From: Verrucomicrobiia bacterium
Lineage (GTDB): Bacteria; Verrucomicrobiota; Verrucomicrobiia; Palsa-1439
NCBI GenBank assembly: GCA_035577545.1
Contig: DATLVI010000009.1
Coordinates: forward strand, 3,696-67,695
Reading direction: 5' to 3'
DNA length: 64,000 bases
The notes under the pieces were generated by a model. The model was not told the origin of the DNA, ran no database searches, and worked only from the letters and a program-made list of their open reading frames with translations. Shown here in pieces: positions 28,905 through 39,800 of the stretch; within the stretch, counting starts at the first letter, position 1, and the number at the start of each line of letters is the position of its first letter. Made by a program: the position numbers and the translations under genes.

Positions 28905-29088
28905 CACCCGCGGGACGCAAACGAAGACCTAACAGGCGTTTCTAGGAGCGTTTTCGCTCAATGAACAGCCATGCTATGCCGCTGGCGTGGACTTTACCGT
29001 CTGGATAGGGATAAACTATTGAATCTAAACAGCTCCCGCTTTGCGCAGCCCGGAGCGGGATGGTGACGGGTCTTGGAAGTAAATCATT

Positions 29089-32000
29089 ATGAGGCATACC
29101 TTTTTAAGGGTTTTTGTTATCGGCACCATGGTCGGGCTCGGTCTATCCGCCCATGCCAACCTCCTGGTCAACGACACGTGGCAGGACGGTACGCGGACCG
29201 ATCCCACCGCAGCGAATGGATACGCCGAGAATAACGGAGTGGTCGGCACTGATGCCGATAACGATGGAGATCTGGAGTCTGTTTGGTACAATGCGAACGG
29301 TACATTGACTGTGAGTACCGGTCACTTGGTCGGAACAATGCCGGCCAATGGCACTTCCTCGGCCTCATGGACAACCTACTTCACGCCGGAGGCTAGCCCG
29401 GTCACTTTGGCCGGCGCAGGGGACGCGATTAAGGTTACATGGGTATTTACTCCTTCCGGCGTTAACGGGAGCAGCACCAGCGGAAGCGGTTTGCGACTCG
29501 CTCTCGTGGATAGCCCATCAGGTGCACGACTTACCGGGGACGGCAGCCCGGGCAGCAGCACCTACGCGGGTTATGGCATGTTTATGAACATGGCCACGAC
29601 GTTGGCCAGTAGTAGCCCGTTCCAGCTAATCAAGCGAGTCGCTCCCGGGACAAGCGCTGCGTTCCTCTCCTCCAGCAGCACGCTTACCTGGGGCGCATTG
29701 GGGAATGGTGCAAGCAGTGGCAATACCGGATACGCCAGCGGCACGCAGTACACCTTCGTGATGACAATCACGCGCAACGCAACGAACGCGGTGGATATCA
29801 CGGCCACGATGACGGGTGGAAGTCTCAACAACACAGGTAGTGCCTCGGTTTCTGTTACCGATACCACCCCCAGCAGCTTCACGTACGATACTTATGGCCT
29901 TCGCCCATCAAGCGCCAACGATTCAGCCACTTCGTTTGATACCACTCTATTCAAGGTCGAGTTCATTCCCGGGGCGACTCCGGCTTCGATTGACCTGGAT
30001 CCGCAGGACCAGTCTGTGTTTGTCGGTGATGACGCGCAATTCAATGTCCAGGCCAGCGGGACAGCGCCGTTGTTCTATCAATGGTATTACAACACCAACT
30101 CCGCGTTGAACATCCAGACCAATTCCACGTTGACAGTCATGAATGCCCAGACTTCCGATGCGGGTGGGTACTCCGTTCTGGTGTCCAACGCGTATGGCGC
30201 GGTGACCAGCGCAGTGGCTCAATTGACTGTCAACCTGCCGGTCGCCCCGTCGATCAGCACCCAACCACAGAACCAGCTCAATATCCTACCTGGGGCGACG
30301 GCTTCGTTCACCGTGGTTGCGGGCGGCTCCGATCCGTTAAGCTACCAGTGGTATTTCAACACCAACACGCCGGTGGCGAATGCGAATGATTCCATTTTGA
30401 CGATCACCAACGTACAGGCTGGGAATGTGGGCACCTATTCTGTCGTCGTGAGTAATGCGGCCGGCTCCGTCACCAGTTCCAATGCGGTTCTTACTATCAA
30501 CACAAATGGCGTGGCGCCGGTTTTCAATACGGAACCAGCCTCGCAGGTTGTCCTGGTCGGCGGCACGGCCAGCTTCACTGCAGTGGCGGCGGGTACCGCG
30601 CCGATCAGTTATCAGTGGAACAAGAATGGGGTTCCCGTACCCGGTGCGACGTCAACCACGTTGACCCTCACGAACGTTTCGGCCGCCGATAACGGCAACT
30701 ACACTGCCACGGCTTCAAACAGTGTCGGGGTCACAACCAGCGATCCGGCCCAACTTAGCGTGACGACGTCAGTGATCGTGCCGAACAGCGCGTACAATCT
30801 GACCGGCTTTGCGCGGACCACCACGGGTGGCGGTGTAATCGCCACGAACGACCCCGCGTATCGACAGGTGTTTACGCCGCTTGATTTGGCCAATGCCGTT
30901 CTTTCCGCCAATAAGACGGCGGGCTCCGTGAAGGTCATCGAGATCATGAACGACCTGAACTTGGGTTGGAATGAAATCGGCTCTACCGTGCAAAATCTGT
31001 CCAGCACTCCGTTCCGCGCGCACAACCCACCGCAACTGCACCCGGTGCTCCTAGTCACGGGCATGAGCTTGATGGACATCAAGCCCAAGGGCGGGCTGAC
31101 CATCTTCTCCGCCAACGGTTCCACGATCAGGCATTGCAACTTCAATGTCAAAGGTTGCACCAACATCATCATCCGCAATCTGAAGTTCGATGAAAACTGG
31201 GAATGGGATGAAGCGACGAAAGGTCAATACGACAAGAACGACTGGGATTTCATCACCATCGGTAACGGCGGCGTGGTGTCGAACATCTGGATCGACCACT
31301 GCACCTTCACCAAGTCGTATGACGGTATCGTTGACACGAAGCATGGCTGCTCGGCGCTTACCTTTTCCTGGTGCAAATACACCGGTGACGATGGGGCCAC
31401 CAATCCCAACAGCTTTGTTTGGCAGCAGATCAACAAGCTCGAGTCCAATAAAACCAGCTATGCGTTCTATAATTTCTTGCGCAGTAATGGGTTTAGCACT
31501 ACCGACATCGTCACGGTTATACAAGGGCATGACAAGACTCACCTCGCGGGCTCGAACGATCTCGACCCACTGAATGCGACTCTCTCAATGACCTTCCACC
31601 ACCTGTGGCTCATGAACGTGTGGGACCGTTGCGTGCCGCGGTTGCGAGCCGGCAATGTGCATGATTACAACCTCTACGCGGACGACATCGTATTACTTGC
31701 CGCCAAGAACCTGCGCAATGCGCGTGCCGCCGCGATGAGCACCGCAAACCAAAATACCCTGAACAACACGTACAGCTTCAATCCACCGATGAATGGTGCG
31801 ATCTCGACCGAGAATGGCGCCCTCCTGGTTGAGAAATCGGCGTACCTCGAATGTCTTACCCCGCTGCGGAATAACCAGACCGATCCTTCCAATCCAGCTT
31901 ACACGGGCAAGATCCTGGCACTCGACACAATTTATCGGAAGAACGGCGTGGTCACGCGCGGCAATAGTACCGATCCGGGCAGCCAACTAGGTCCGTTCCA

Positions 32001-32829
32001 GGCCCCGATCATTGCCTTTTCATGGAATCTCCCCGGTAATCAACTGCCCTACGCGTATACCATGGACGATCCGAGCCAGTTGCAGGCGATCCTCACCAGC
32101 CCCACGGCCGGCGCGGGAGCCGGGGTGCTGACATGGAACAAGACCAACTGGATGATCACAGCTTATGCGCCAAGCGCCCCGGTAATCGGGAGTTGTCCGA
32201 CAAGCTTGATCGCCACAACGGGCCAAAATGTATCTTTCTCCGTGTTCGCCGGCGGCAGCGCACCCGTGACGTACCAATGGTACTTCAATACCAACACGCC
32301 GATCGCTAATGCGACCAATACCGTTCTTACGCTGAATAGCGTCCAATCAACCAATGTCGGCATCTATTCGGTAATTGCCAGCAATAGCGCAGGCACTGCG
32401 GGTTGTTCCGCCACGCTTGACATCAGCTCGTCGCTGTCGGCATTCCAGCAATGGCAATTGGCGCACTTCGGTTGCACCAATTGCCCGAACGCGGATGCCT
32501 CGGCGGACCCGGACGGTGACGGAATGAACAATCAAGCGGAATTTCTGGCCGGCACGGATCCGAATAGTACGGCCTCATCCTTGCAGATCATCTCCGTCGT
32601 GCCGCAGGGGGCAGGCGATGTGCTGATTACGTGGAAGACCGCAGGTGGCTTCACCAACGCGGTGCAAGCGACGGCGGGCGATCCGAACAGTGGCTTCAAT
32701 ACCAACTTCACGGACATCAGCGGTGCACTCATTATTTCCGGTAGTGGGGATGTAACGACGAACTATCTGGACAGTGGCGGTCTCACCAATGCCCCGTCGC
32801 GTTATTACCGTGTCCGGCTCGTGCCGTAA
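29089..32829 (+). CDS. Giant secreted modular PL1 pectate lyase, paralog of the 25251 gene with the same architecture. Its N-terminal module is closest to that of the PEP-CTERM protein.
   Basis: Signal peptide MRHTFLRVFVIGTMVGLGLSAHA. The N-terminus NLLVNDTWQDGTRTDP... parallels LVNDTWQDGTRTDP in the PEP-CTERM protein. PL1 motifs: WIDHCTF and ...HHLWLMNVWDRCVPRLRAGNVHDYNLY. The C-terminus ...AFQQWQLAHFGCTNC...DPDGDGMNNQAEFLAGTDPN...SRYYRVRLVP. Confidence 0.85.
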   Translation: MRHTFLRVFVIGTMVGLGLSAHANLLVNDTWQDGTRTDPTAANGYAENNGVVGTDADNDGDLESVWYNANGTLTVSTGHLVGTMPANGTSSASWTTYFTPEASPVTLAGAGDAIKVTWVFTPSGVNGSSTSGSGLRLALVDSPSGARLTGDGSPGSSTYAGYGMFMNMATTLASSSPFQLIKRVAPGTSAAFLSSSSTLTWGALGNGASSGNTGYASGTQYTFVMTITRNATNAVDITATMTGGSLNNTGSASVSVTDTTPSSFTYDTYGLRPSSANDSATSFDTTLFKVEFIPGATPASIDLDPQDQSVFVGDDAQFNVQASGTAPLFYQWYYNTNSALNIQTNSTLTVMNAQTSDAGGYSVLVSNAYGAVTSAVAQLTVNLPVAPSISTQPQNQLNILPGATASFTVVAGGSDPLSYQWYFNTNTPVANANDSILTITNVQAGNVGTYSVVVSNAAGSVTSSNAVLTINTNGVAPVFNTEPASQVVLVGGTASFTAVAAGTAPISYQWNKNGVPVPGATSTTLTLTNVSAADNGNYTATASNSVGVTTSDPAQLSVTTSVIVPNSAYNLTGFARTTTGGGVIATNDPAYRQVFTPLDLANAVLSANKTAGSVKVIEIMNDLNLGWNEIGSTVQNLSSTPFRAHNPPQLHPVLLVTGMSLMDIKPKGGLTIFSANGSTIRHCNFNVKGCTNIIIRNLKFDENWEWDEATKGQYDKNDWDFITIGNGGVVSNIWIDHCTFTKSYDGIVDTKHGCSALTFSWCKYTGDDGATNPNSFVWQQINKLESNKTSYAFYNFLRSNGFSTTDIVTVIQGHDKTHLAGSNDLDPLNATLSMTFHHLWLMNVWDRCVPRLRAGNVHDYNLYADDIVLLAAKNLRNARAAAMSTANQNTLNNTYSFNPPMNGAISTENGALLVEKSAYLECLTPLRNNQTDPSNPAYTGKILALDTIYRKNGVVTRGNSTDPGSQLGPFQAPIIAFSWNLPGNQLPYAYTMDDPSQLQAILTSPTAGAGAGVLTWNKTNWMITAYAPSAPVIGSCPTSLIATTGQNVSFSVFAGGSAPVTYQWYFNTNTPIANATNTVLTLNSVQSTNVGIYSVIASNSAGTAGCSATLDISSSLSAFQQWQLAHFGCTNCPNADASADPDGDGMNNQAEFLAGTDPNSTASSLQIISVVPQGAGDVLITWKTAGGFTNAVQATAGDPNSGFNTNFTDISGALIISGSGDVTTNYLDSGGLTNAPSRYYRVRLVP

Positions 32830-32941
32830 TACGGCTTGTCCAAGCAACATGGCATACATGCGCCTGCATCAACCGCTCAGCAGAAAGCAGCACGGGTGGT
32901 GGACAAGGCTGGCCTTCGCCCCGATGCCGGGTTGGCCGATC

Positions 32942-35900
32942 ATGCGGTGCGTGCTGGTCTGGCTCGCACTGGCCGGGCTGGCACAGGGCGATCCGTCATT
33001 GCCGATCATCGCCAACCAAACGTTCGTCGTCACGAACGCGATCTACGGCGCAATCGGCGACGGCTTGACGAACAACGCCGCTGCGATCCAGAGCGCCATC
33101 AACGACGCAAGCGCCAACGGGGGAGGGACCGTCGAAATACCGGCCAACGGCACGTTGAGTACCTACCTCAGCGGCCCGATCAACCTCGCCAGCGGCATCA
33201 ATCTGCAGATCGACGGCGGCGCGATGCTCCAGATGCTCCCGCGCAACGTGACGACGAACGGCTCGACCATCATCCCCAAATGGCCTTCGGCTTCTACACC
33301 GTTTATCCTCGGGAGCAGCCTCACCGATGTCGCCATCACCGGTTCGGGGATCATTGACGGGCAAGGCACGAACTGGTGGTTCCCTAAAGCCTCGACGCGG
33401 CCGAACTTCATCCAATTCACCCATAGTACACGCGTCCTGATCCAGGGTGTGACGCTCCAGAACCCGCCGACCTTTCACATCATGTTGAAAAACACCAACA
33501 TCGGTTTGACGATCCAGAACATTACGATCAACACCCCGGCTTCTTCACCCAATACCGACGGGATGGACCTGGCCTCGACGAATGTGCTGGTCCGCAACTG
33601 CTTTATCAGTGCCGGGGATGACAACATCGAGATCGGGGGCAGCAGCGCCGCGGCGGCGGACATCACCGTCTCCAATTGCACGTTCGGCGCCGGGCACGGG
33701 TTGTCGATTGGCAGTTTGGTGAATGGAGCGGGCGGCGGCGTACATGATTTGATCGTGAGCAACTGCACGTTCAACGGCACGAGAAACGGCATCCATATGA
33801 AGTCGGACCGGGATATTGGCGGTGTGGTGCAAAATCTCCAGTACCTCGACATCACAATGACCAACGTGAGCTACCCGATCGCGATTTACAGCTACTATGA
33901 CTCCATCGGTTCGCCGAGCACCTTCAACATCAGCCCGTTCATGGCTTCCACGGACACCGTTCAGACCGTCACGAGCACCACCCCGATCTGGCGCAACATC
34001 ACCATCAGCAACCTGACGGTGTTCTCGACCAGTGGGAAAAACATCGTCGGCCTGATCTGGGGCCTGCCGGAGATGCTCGTTTCCAACTTGACGCTGTACC
34101 ACGTGAATATCGCGGCGCCCACCAAGAGTTTTGACATCTACAACGCGCAAGGCATCCAGATCATTGACTCCAACCTCACTGCGCCCAGTAGTACCAACAC
34201 CTTGACCCTCTACAACGCCCAGGTCACAATCACGAACGCCGTCGCCAGCACCAACGTGGTATCACTAGGTGGGCTGGCGGTGCCCCCGACCAACAACGTC
34301 CTCGCGTTCGTTAACGCAGTTGCCGCCATTACCGATACGAACATGCTCGGCACCGGTTCCATCACACTGGACAATAGTACGCTGACGCTCACGCAGGACT
34401 CGGTGACTATCCCCAACAATCTTCGTGCGCTCTCGGCCAGCACGTTAGTCATAAGCAGCGGCAGTAATACGCTGAGCGGCACACTCAGCGGCCCCGGCCC
34501 GTTGACGATTAGCAATAATGTGGCCTTTAGTAGCAGCGCGGTGTTGCAGTACGCACCGGGCACAAACAGCGAACCAACAGTTGTGAGCGGCGATCTGGCA
34601 TTGGACGGCACGCTGAATATCGCCGATGGCGGCGGCCTCACCAACGGGACGTACGTGCTCTTTAGTTACGGTGGGACACTGACCACGAACGGGAGTCCAA
34701 CCATCCTGACCCTGGGTGTGGTGGCGAACCCCAGCTTCTTCAACTATACCGTGGATGTTGGTTCACTCGGGGCTGTGAGACTACTGGTGACGTTTGCAGC
34801 ACCAATAGCCGACTTTACCGCCGACCCGACCAACGGGGTGTTGCCCTTGACTGTGATGTTCACCGACGCATCGATTGGTTCGATCACGAATCGGTTTTGG
34901 GATTTTGGGGATGGAGTGACGACCAATACGGTGGCGACCAGCGTGGCGCACACGTACAACGCGGCTGGAAGCGACACCGTACAGTTGATCGTGAGCGGGC
35001 AGGGCGGGGTGAGCACCAATACGCGCGTCAATTACATCACGGCTGCCTGCGCCTACACATTATCCGCGACGAACGCCAGCTTTGGCGTCACGGGAGGGAC
35101 CAACCTCGTCACCGTGTCCGCTGCGGATTCCTGCCCATCTTGGACTGCCGTCAGCAATGACAGTTGGATTCAGATTGTTGGTGGCAGCGTCAACGCCGCG
35201 GGCGACGCCGCCATTGTGTACGCCGTCCTGCCGAGCAGCAGCACCACACTGCGCGCCGGGACAATGACCATTGCCGGCCAGACGTTCACGGTGAACCAGC
35301 CGGGTGATACCATCGCTCCCGCCGTTGCTCTGACCACACCGGCAGCGGGCCTCGTGAGCGGCGCGGTGGCTGTCAGCGCGACGGCAACCGACAATGTTGA
35401 AGTCGCGAAAGTGGAATTCTACCGGGATGGCAACTTCCTGCTCGGGACCATCAGTTCTCCGCCATACGTCATCAGTTTCAACACGACAACCCTGGCAGAT
35501 GGGCCGCACTGTTTCTCGGCCAGGGCGTATGACCTGGCCGGTAACACCGCCGTTTCCAGCAATTGCGTGATCGTAGACAACAATGCTCCGTCGGTGCCGA
35601 TCAACCTGACCGCCACGACCATTGCCACCAACCAGATCGATCTGAGCTGGAGCGCCTCCAGTGACAACGGTTCGGGTGTAGCCAGCTACCGGCTCTACCG
35701 TGACGGCGAGCAGATTGCGACGACAATCCACACTACGTATTCCGACAACAGTCTGGCTGCTAAAACGGTGTATTGCTACGTAGTCGCGGCTCAGGATGAA
35801 CTCGGGCATGTGTCGGCGTCGAGCGCCGATGCCTGCGCCCAGACGTTTGTCACGGCGGTCCCGGCGTTGGGTCGGTACAACGGTTTGGCGATCCAAACCA

Positions 35901-36862
35901 ATGCGCCCTCGCAGGCCAGCTCGGGGTCGATCAAGCTGATGGTCACCCGAAACGGGCCGTTTGCCGCCAGCCTGAGCCTGGGGGGCGTGCGCAGCGTCTT
36001 CAAGGGACAGTTCGATGCGTCCGGCAACGCGACCAACACGGTGACACGTACCGGGCTGGATTCCTTGCAGGTGATCCTGCATTTGGATCTGGTCGAAGGC
36101 ACCGACCAGATACGAGGGAGTATCTCGGATGGGGAATTTACCTCGGAGGTGCTGGCCGACCGCCAGATATTCAGCGCCACGGCCCGTTGTCCGCTGGCCG
36201 GTACCTTTACAGTGGTGCTGGAGCCGCCCGAAGGAGACGATCCGAGCCTTCCGGAAGGATTCGGTTACGGGACATTGACAGTGACGCCAACCGGACTGGG
36301 TCGAGTGAGTGGGGTGCTGGCGGACGGAACGAAGCTCAACGTCCGGGTGCCGCTGTCCAAGCACGGCACGTTGCCGCTGTACCAGGTGCTGTACAACAAT
36401 CACGGCGCGTCGATTGGGTGGATGACGTTCGGAACCAACAGCTCGGTCGGGGCGAGGGTGGACTGGTTCCGTCCTCGGATGGCCGGTTCAGCGTATTTCC
36501 TAGCGGGGTTCACGACCAACGTGACGCTGCTGGGCCAGAAATACCTCTCACCGGTAGACAACGGGCCGAGTGCGGCGGGCAACCGCCAGGTGACGCTGGG
36601 CGGCGGCAACCTGGTCAGCAGTATCGTGGAGACAGTGCTGGTCACGGACGTCGGCGCGGTGATTGTGCCGCCGCCAAACCCGGAGAACCTGCAAATGAAG
36701 ATCCAGACGGCGACTGGACAGTTTAGCGGGAGCTTCACGCATCCGGGGCTGGGTCGGACAGTGAATTTCAACGGGCTGGTGCTGCAGCTCGACGGATCGG
36801 GGGCCGGATACTTCCTCGGTTCCAACACCAGCGGTTTTGTCGTCTTTGAGCCGACGCCGTGA
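32942..36862 (+). CDS. Giant secreted modular GH28 polygalacturonase (GH28, PATR-like, PKD, BACON/Ig-like, Ig-like, Fn3, and a ~340-aa C-terminal module of a second type).
   Basis: Start chosen at MRCVLVWLALAGLAQG (signal peptide); upstream ATG/GTG alternatives run to 32774. GH28 motifs: PNTDGMDL, GDDNIEIGG and GHGLSIGS. Fn3 unit: ...SVPINLTATTIATNQIDLSWSASSDNGSGVASYRLYRDGEQ... The C-terminal module YNGLAIQTNAPSQ...GAGYFLGSNTSGFVVFEPTP is homologous to the C-terminus of the GloVer protein at 55883-58135. Confidence 0.8.
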   Translation: MRCVLVWLALAGLAQGDPSLPIIANQTFVVTNAIYGAIGDGLTNNAAAIQSAINDASANGGGTVEIPANGTLSTYLSGPINLASGINLQIDGGAMLQMLPRNVTTNGSTIIPKWPSASTPFILGSSLTDVAITGSGIIDGQGTNWWFPKASTRPNFIQFTHSTRVLIQGVTLQNPPTFHIMLKNTNIGLTIQNITINTPASSPNTDGMDLASTNVLVRNCFISAGDDNIEIGGSSAAAADITVSNCTFGAGHGLSIGSLVNGAGGGVHDLIVSNCTFNGTRNGIHMKSDRDIGGVVQNLQYLDITMTNVSYPIAIYSYYDSIGSPSTFNISPFMASTDTVQTVTSTTPIWRNITISNLTVFSTSGKNIVGLIWGLPEMLVSNLTLYHVNIAAPTKSFDIYNAQGIQIIDSNLTAPSSTNTLTLYNAQVTITNAVASTNVVSLGGLAVPPTNNVLAFVNAVAAITDTNMLGTGSITLDNSTLTLTQDSVTIPNNLRALSASTLVISSGSNTLSGTLSGPGPLTISNNVAFSSSAVLQYAPGTNSEPTVVSGDLALDGTLNIADGGGLTNGTYVLFSYGGTLTTNGSPTILTLGVVANPSFFNYTVDVGSLGAVRLLVTFAAPIADFTADPTNGVLPLTVMFTDASIGSITNRFWDFGDGVTTNTVATSVAHTYNAAGSDTVQLIVSGQGGVSTNTRVNYITAACAYTLSATNASFGVTGGTNLVTVSAADSCPSWTAVSNDSWIQIVGGSVNAAGDAAIVYAVLPSSSTTLRAGTMTIAGQTFTVNQPGDTIAPAVALTTPAAGLVSGAVAVSATATDNVEVAKVEFYRDGNFLLGTISSPPYVISFNTTTLADGPHCFSARAYDLAGNTAVSSNCVIVDNNAPSVPINLTATTIATNQIDLSWSASSDNGSGVASYRLYRDGEQIATTIHTTYSDNSLAAKTVYCYVVAAQDELGHVSASSADACAQTFVTAVPALGRYNGLAIQTNAPSQASSGSIKLMVTRNGPFAASLSLGGVRSVFKGQFDASGNATNTVTRTGLDSLQVILHLDLVEGTDQIRGSISDGEFTSEVLADRQIFSATARCPLAGTFTVVLEPPEGDDPSLPEGFGYGTLTVTPTGLGRVSGVLADGTKLNVRVPLSKHGTLPLYQVLYNNHGASIGWMTFGTNSSVGARVDWFRPRMAGSAYFLAGFTTNVTLLGQKYLSPVDNGPSAAGNRQVTLGGGNLVSSIVETVLVTDVGAVIVPPPNPENLQMKIQTATGQFSGSFTHPGLGRTVNFNGLVLQLDGSGAGYFLGSNTSGFVVFEPTP

Positions 36863-36894
36863 TTTCCTCGAGAATAGAGAATGGAAACGTGAAC

Positions 36895-39800
36895 ATGAGA
36901 ACGGAATCCCGACGCAAAGTTGTTCCGATCCTCGCCGCGCTATTTGGCCTGGTATTACCCGTTCGCGCCACTGTTCTTCTGGACCAGACCTCTTGGACAA
37001 CGACCACGCGCAGGACCCAGAGTCTGCCAACAAGGTCGGCGTGGTTTGCGTCCAGCACAGGGTCCTTGAGTGTTTCGGGCGGTGCGCTGCGCATGGTCGT
37101 GGGCACCAGCTCCGGTGCAGGTATCAGCTACTTCACCGCCAACAGCAACACTCCACCCGTGCAGTTGAATGTTGGGGATACGCTGGCCGCGACCTTCCGA
37201 TTCACGTTCAATGGAGTTCCACCGCTTGGGAGCAGTTCGCAGGGTTTCAAGATTGGCTTGTTCGATTCCGCGGATGGGAGCAACGTCCCCAAGCGAGTGA
37301 CTGCGGATGGGTCCCCGTTCAGCAGCGGTGGACAGGGTACGTTCGTGGAAGGATATGCGTTGTTTCAGAAAATGTACGTGGTCTTCGCTGACAATCAGCC
37401 GATTGATATTCGCAAACGCACTGCCATCGGGGACGCTTCCTTGCTGGGTGCCAGTGCCGACTACACCTCGCTGGCCAAAGGTGGCCTCACCAATACGTTT
37501 GCCGGTTTCAGCAACCTAACGCAATACACATTCCAAATCCTTCTGCAACGCACGAACCTGAGTTCGATGGCGATCGCCATGACCTGGTCGAACCTCGCCA
37601 ACGCCGCAACGCTTTCCCTCTCCACAGCCGACAACACTGCTACCAACTTCAACTTCGATACGATCGAGTTTCGTCCGGCCAACAATACGCAGGCGCCCGC
37701 CACGAACCTGTTCCAAGAAGTGAAAGTCGAAGTGAGTTCGGCGCCCGTCGCTCCAGCGATTCTCGCGGATCCTCAGGATCAGGCGCTTTCTTCAGGGCAG
37801 ACCGCCACGTTCAGTGCGGTCGTCAACGGCACGCTGCCGCTGAGCTACCAGTGGTATTTCAACGACACAAATACACCCATTGGTGCTGCCTCCAGCGTCA
37901 ATTTCCCGCCGGCACACACGCCCGTCGCCAATCCCTCGTTGACGCTCACGAACGTCCAATTGACGGACGTCGGGGATTATTTTGTCGTCGTAACGAATTC
38001 CTCCGGTTCCGTGACAAGCGCGGTAGCGAACTTGACGGTGACGGAAGCCGCCCCAACGATCACCACGCAACCGCAAGATCTGACTGTCATTCCTACTCAA
38101 CCCACTGCATTCAGCGTCGTGGCCGTCGGCAGTGAACCGTTGAGTTATCAGTGGTACTACAACACGAATTCGTTGCTGACGAATGCTACGTCCAGCACTT
38201 TGACAATTTCCAACGTGCAACCCAGCGACGCGGGCATTTACTCCGTCATCGTCAGCAACCCGATCGGCACCGCCGTCAGTTCCAACGCCGTACTGACCGT
38301 CAATACCAATCCCGTGACGCCGATATTCATTTTGCAACCGGTAGGGTTTACCGCGCGGGTTGGAGACAATGCCAGCTTCAGCGCGTCAACCATCGGGGCT
38401 CAGCCGATCAGTTACCAGTGGAAGGCCAACGGGACGCCGATTGTCGGCGCTACTTCGACCACGATAAACCTGCCTGGCATCCAATTGACTGATGCCGGTA
38501 CCTACACTCTTGTCGCGAGTAATGCAATCGGCTCGACATCCAGTTTGAACGCGACCCTTACGGTGCTGCCCCGGACACCGCCGCTGCCGGTGATTCCCAC
38601 CAACACCTTCAACATCCTGGACTTCGGTGGGTTGGGGAATGGTGTCTCAAACAACGCGGCGGCTATTCAAAGCGCGATCAATACCGCTGCCGGGGCAGGC
38701 GGCGGCACAGTCATCGTGCCGTCGGGCGGCACGCTCAGCACGTACCTGAGCGGCCCGATTATCCTTTCCAGCAGCATCAATCTGGAGGTGGACAGCGGCG
38801 CGACGCTAAAAATGCTTCCGCGTTTCGCGACAGCCACCGTCACCAACTGGCCCAGCCCGAGTCTGCCGCCATTCATCAGCGCATCCGGCCTGAACGACAT
38901 CGAGATCAGCGGGTCAGGAACCATCGACGGGAACGCCGGCTTCGGCTCCACGAATTGGTGGCAATCGCCCACGCTCGATGAGTCGTTGCGCCCGCATATG
39001 ATCGACTTCAGCGGCTGCACCCGCGTTCTGATCCAGGGTGTGACGCTGCAGAACCCACCGGTGTTTCATATGTTGCTCAAGGGTAACAACGTGAGCGTGA
39101 CCGTCCAAAACATTACGGAAAACACCCCGGGGAATTCACCCAATACGGACGGGATGGACGTGGGCTCGACCAATGTTCTGGTCCAAAACTGTTCCATCAG
39201 TGTCGGGGATGACAACATCCAGATGGGAAGCAGCGCCGCTCCCGTGGCGGACATGACCGTCTCGAATTGCACTTTTGGCACCGGCCATGGCGTGTCCATC
39301 GGTAGCCCCACACAACGCGGGGTGCATGATTTGTTGGTCAGCAATTGCACGTTCAATGGCACCGATAACGGGATCCGTCTGAAATCCGACCGGGACATTG
39401 GTGGGCTGGTCGAGAACCTCCGGTACATCGACATTACGATGACCAACGTGGATTATCCGATCATTGTGTACAGTTTCTACGACTCCATCGGAACGCCCAA
39501 CAACATCATGCCGTCCAATGCGGCTGCAAACGCAGCCCAACCGATTGTTGATAATACTCCCATCTGGCGCAACATTCTCTTCAGCAATCTCACGGTGACG
39601 GCGACCACGGGCAATAATATCGCGGGCATCCTGTGGGGACGACAGGAGATGGTCGTTTCCAACGTGACCCTGTACAACGTGAATTTCGCGGCCCCCACCA
39701 AGACTTTTGACATCTACAACGCGCGGGGCATTCGGATCATCAACTCCAATCTCACTGCACCCAGCAGCACCAACACGCTGACGCTTTATAATGCGGAAGT

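Noticed and set aside
35060-36403. 447-aa minus-strand ORF.
   Set aside because: Antisense shadow of the GH28/Fn3 giant. Its translation is Arg/Gly-rich and it has no independent support.
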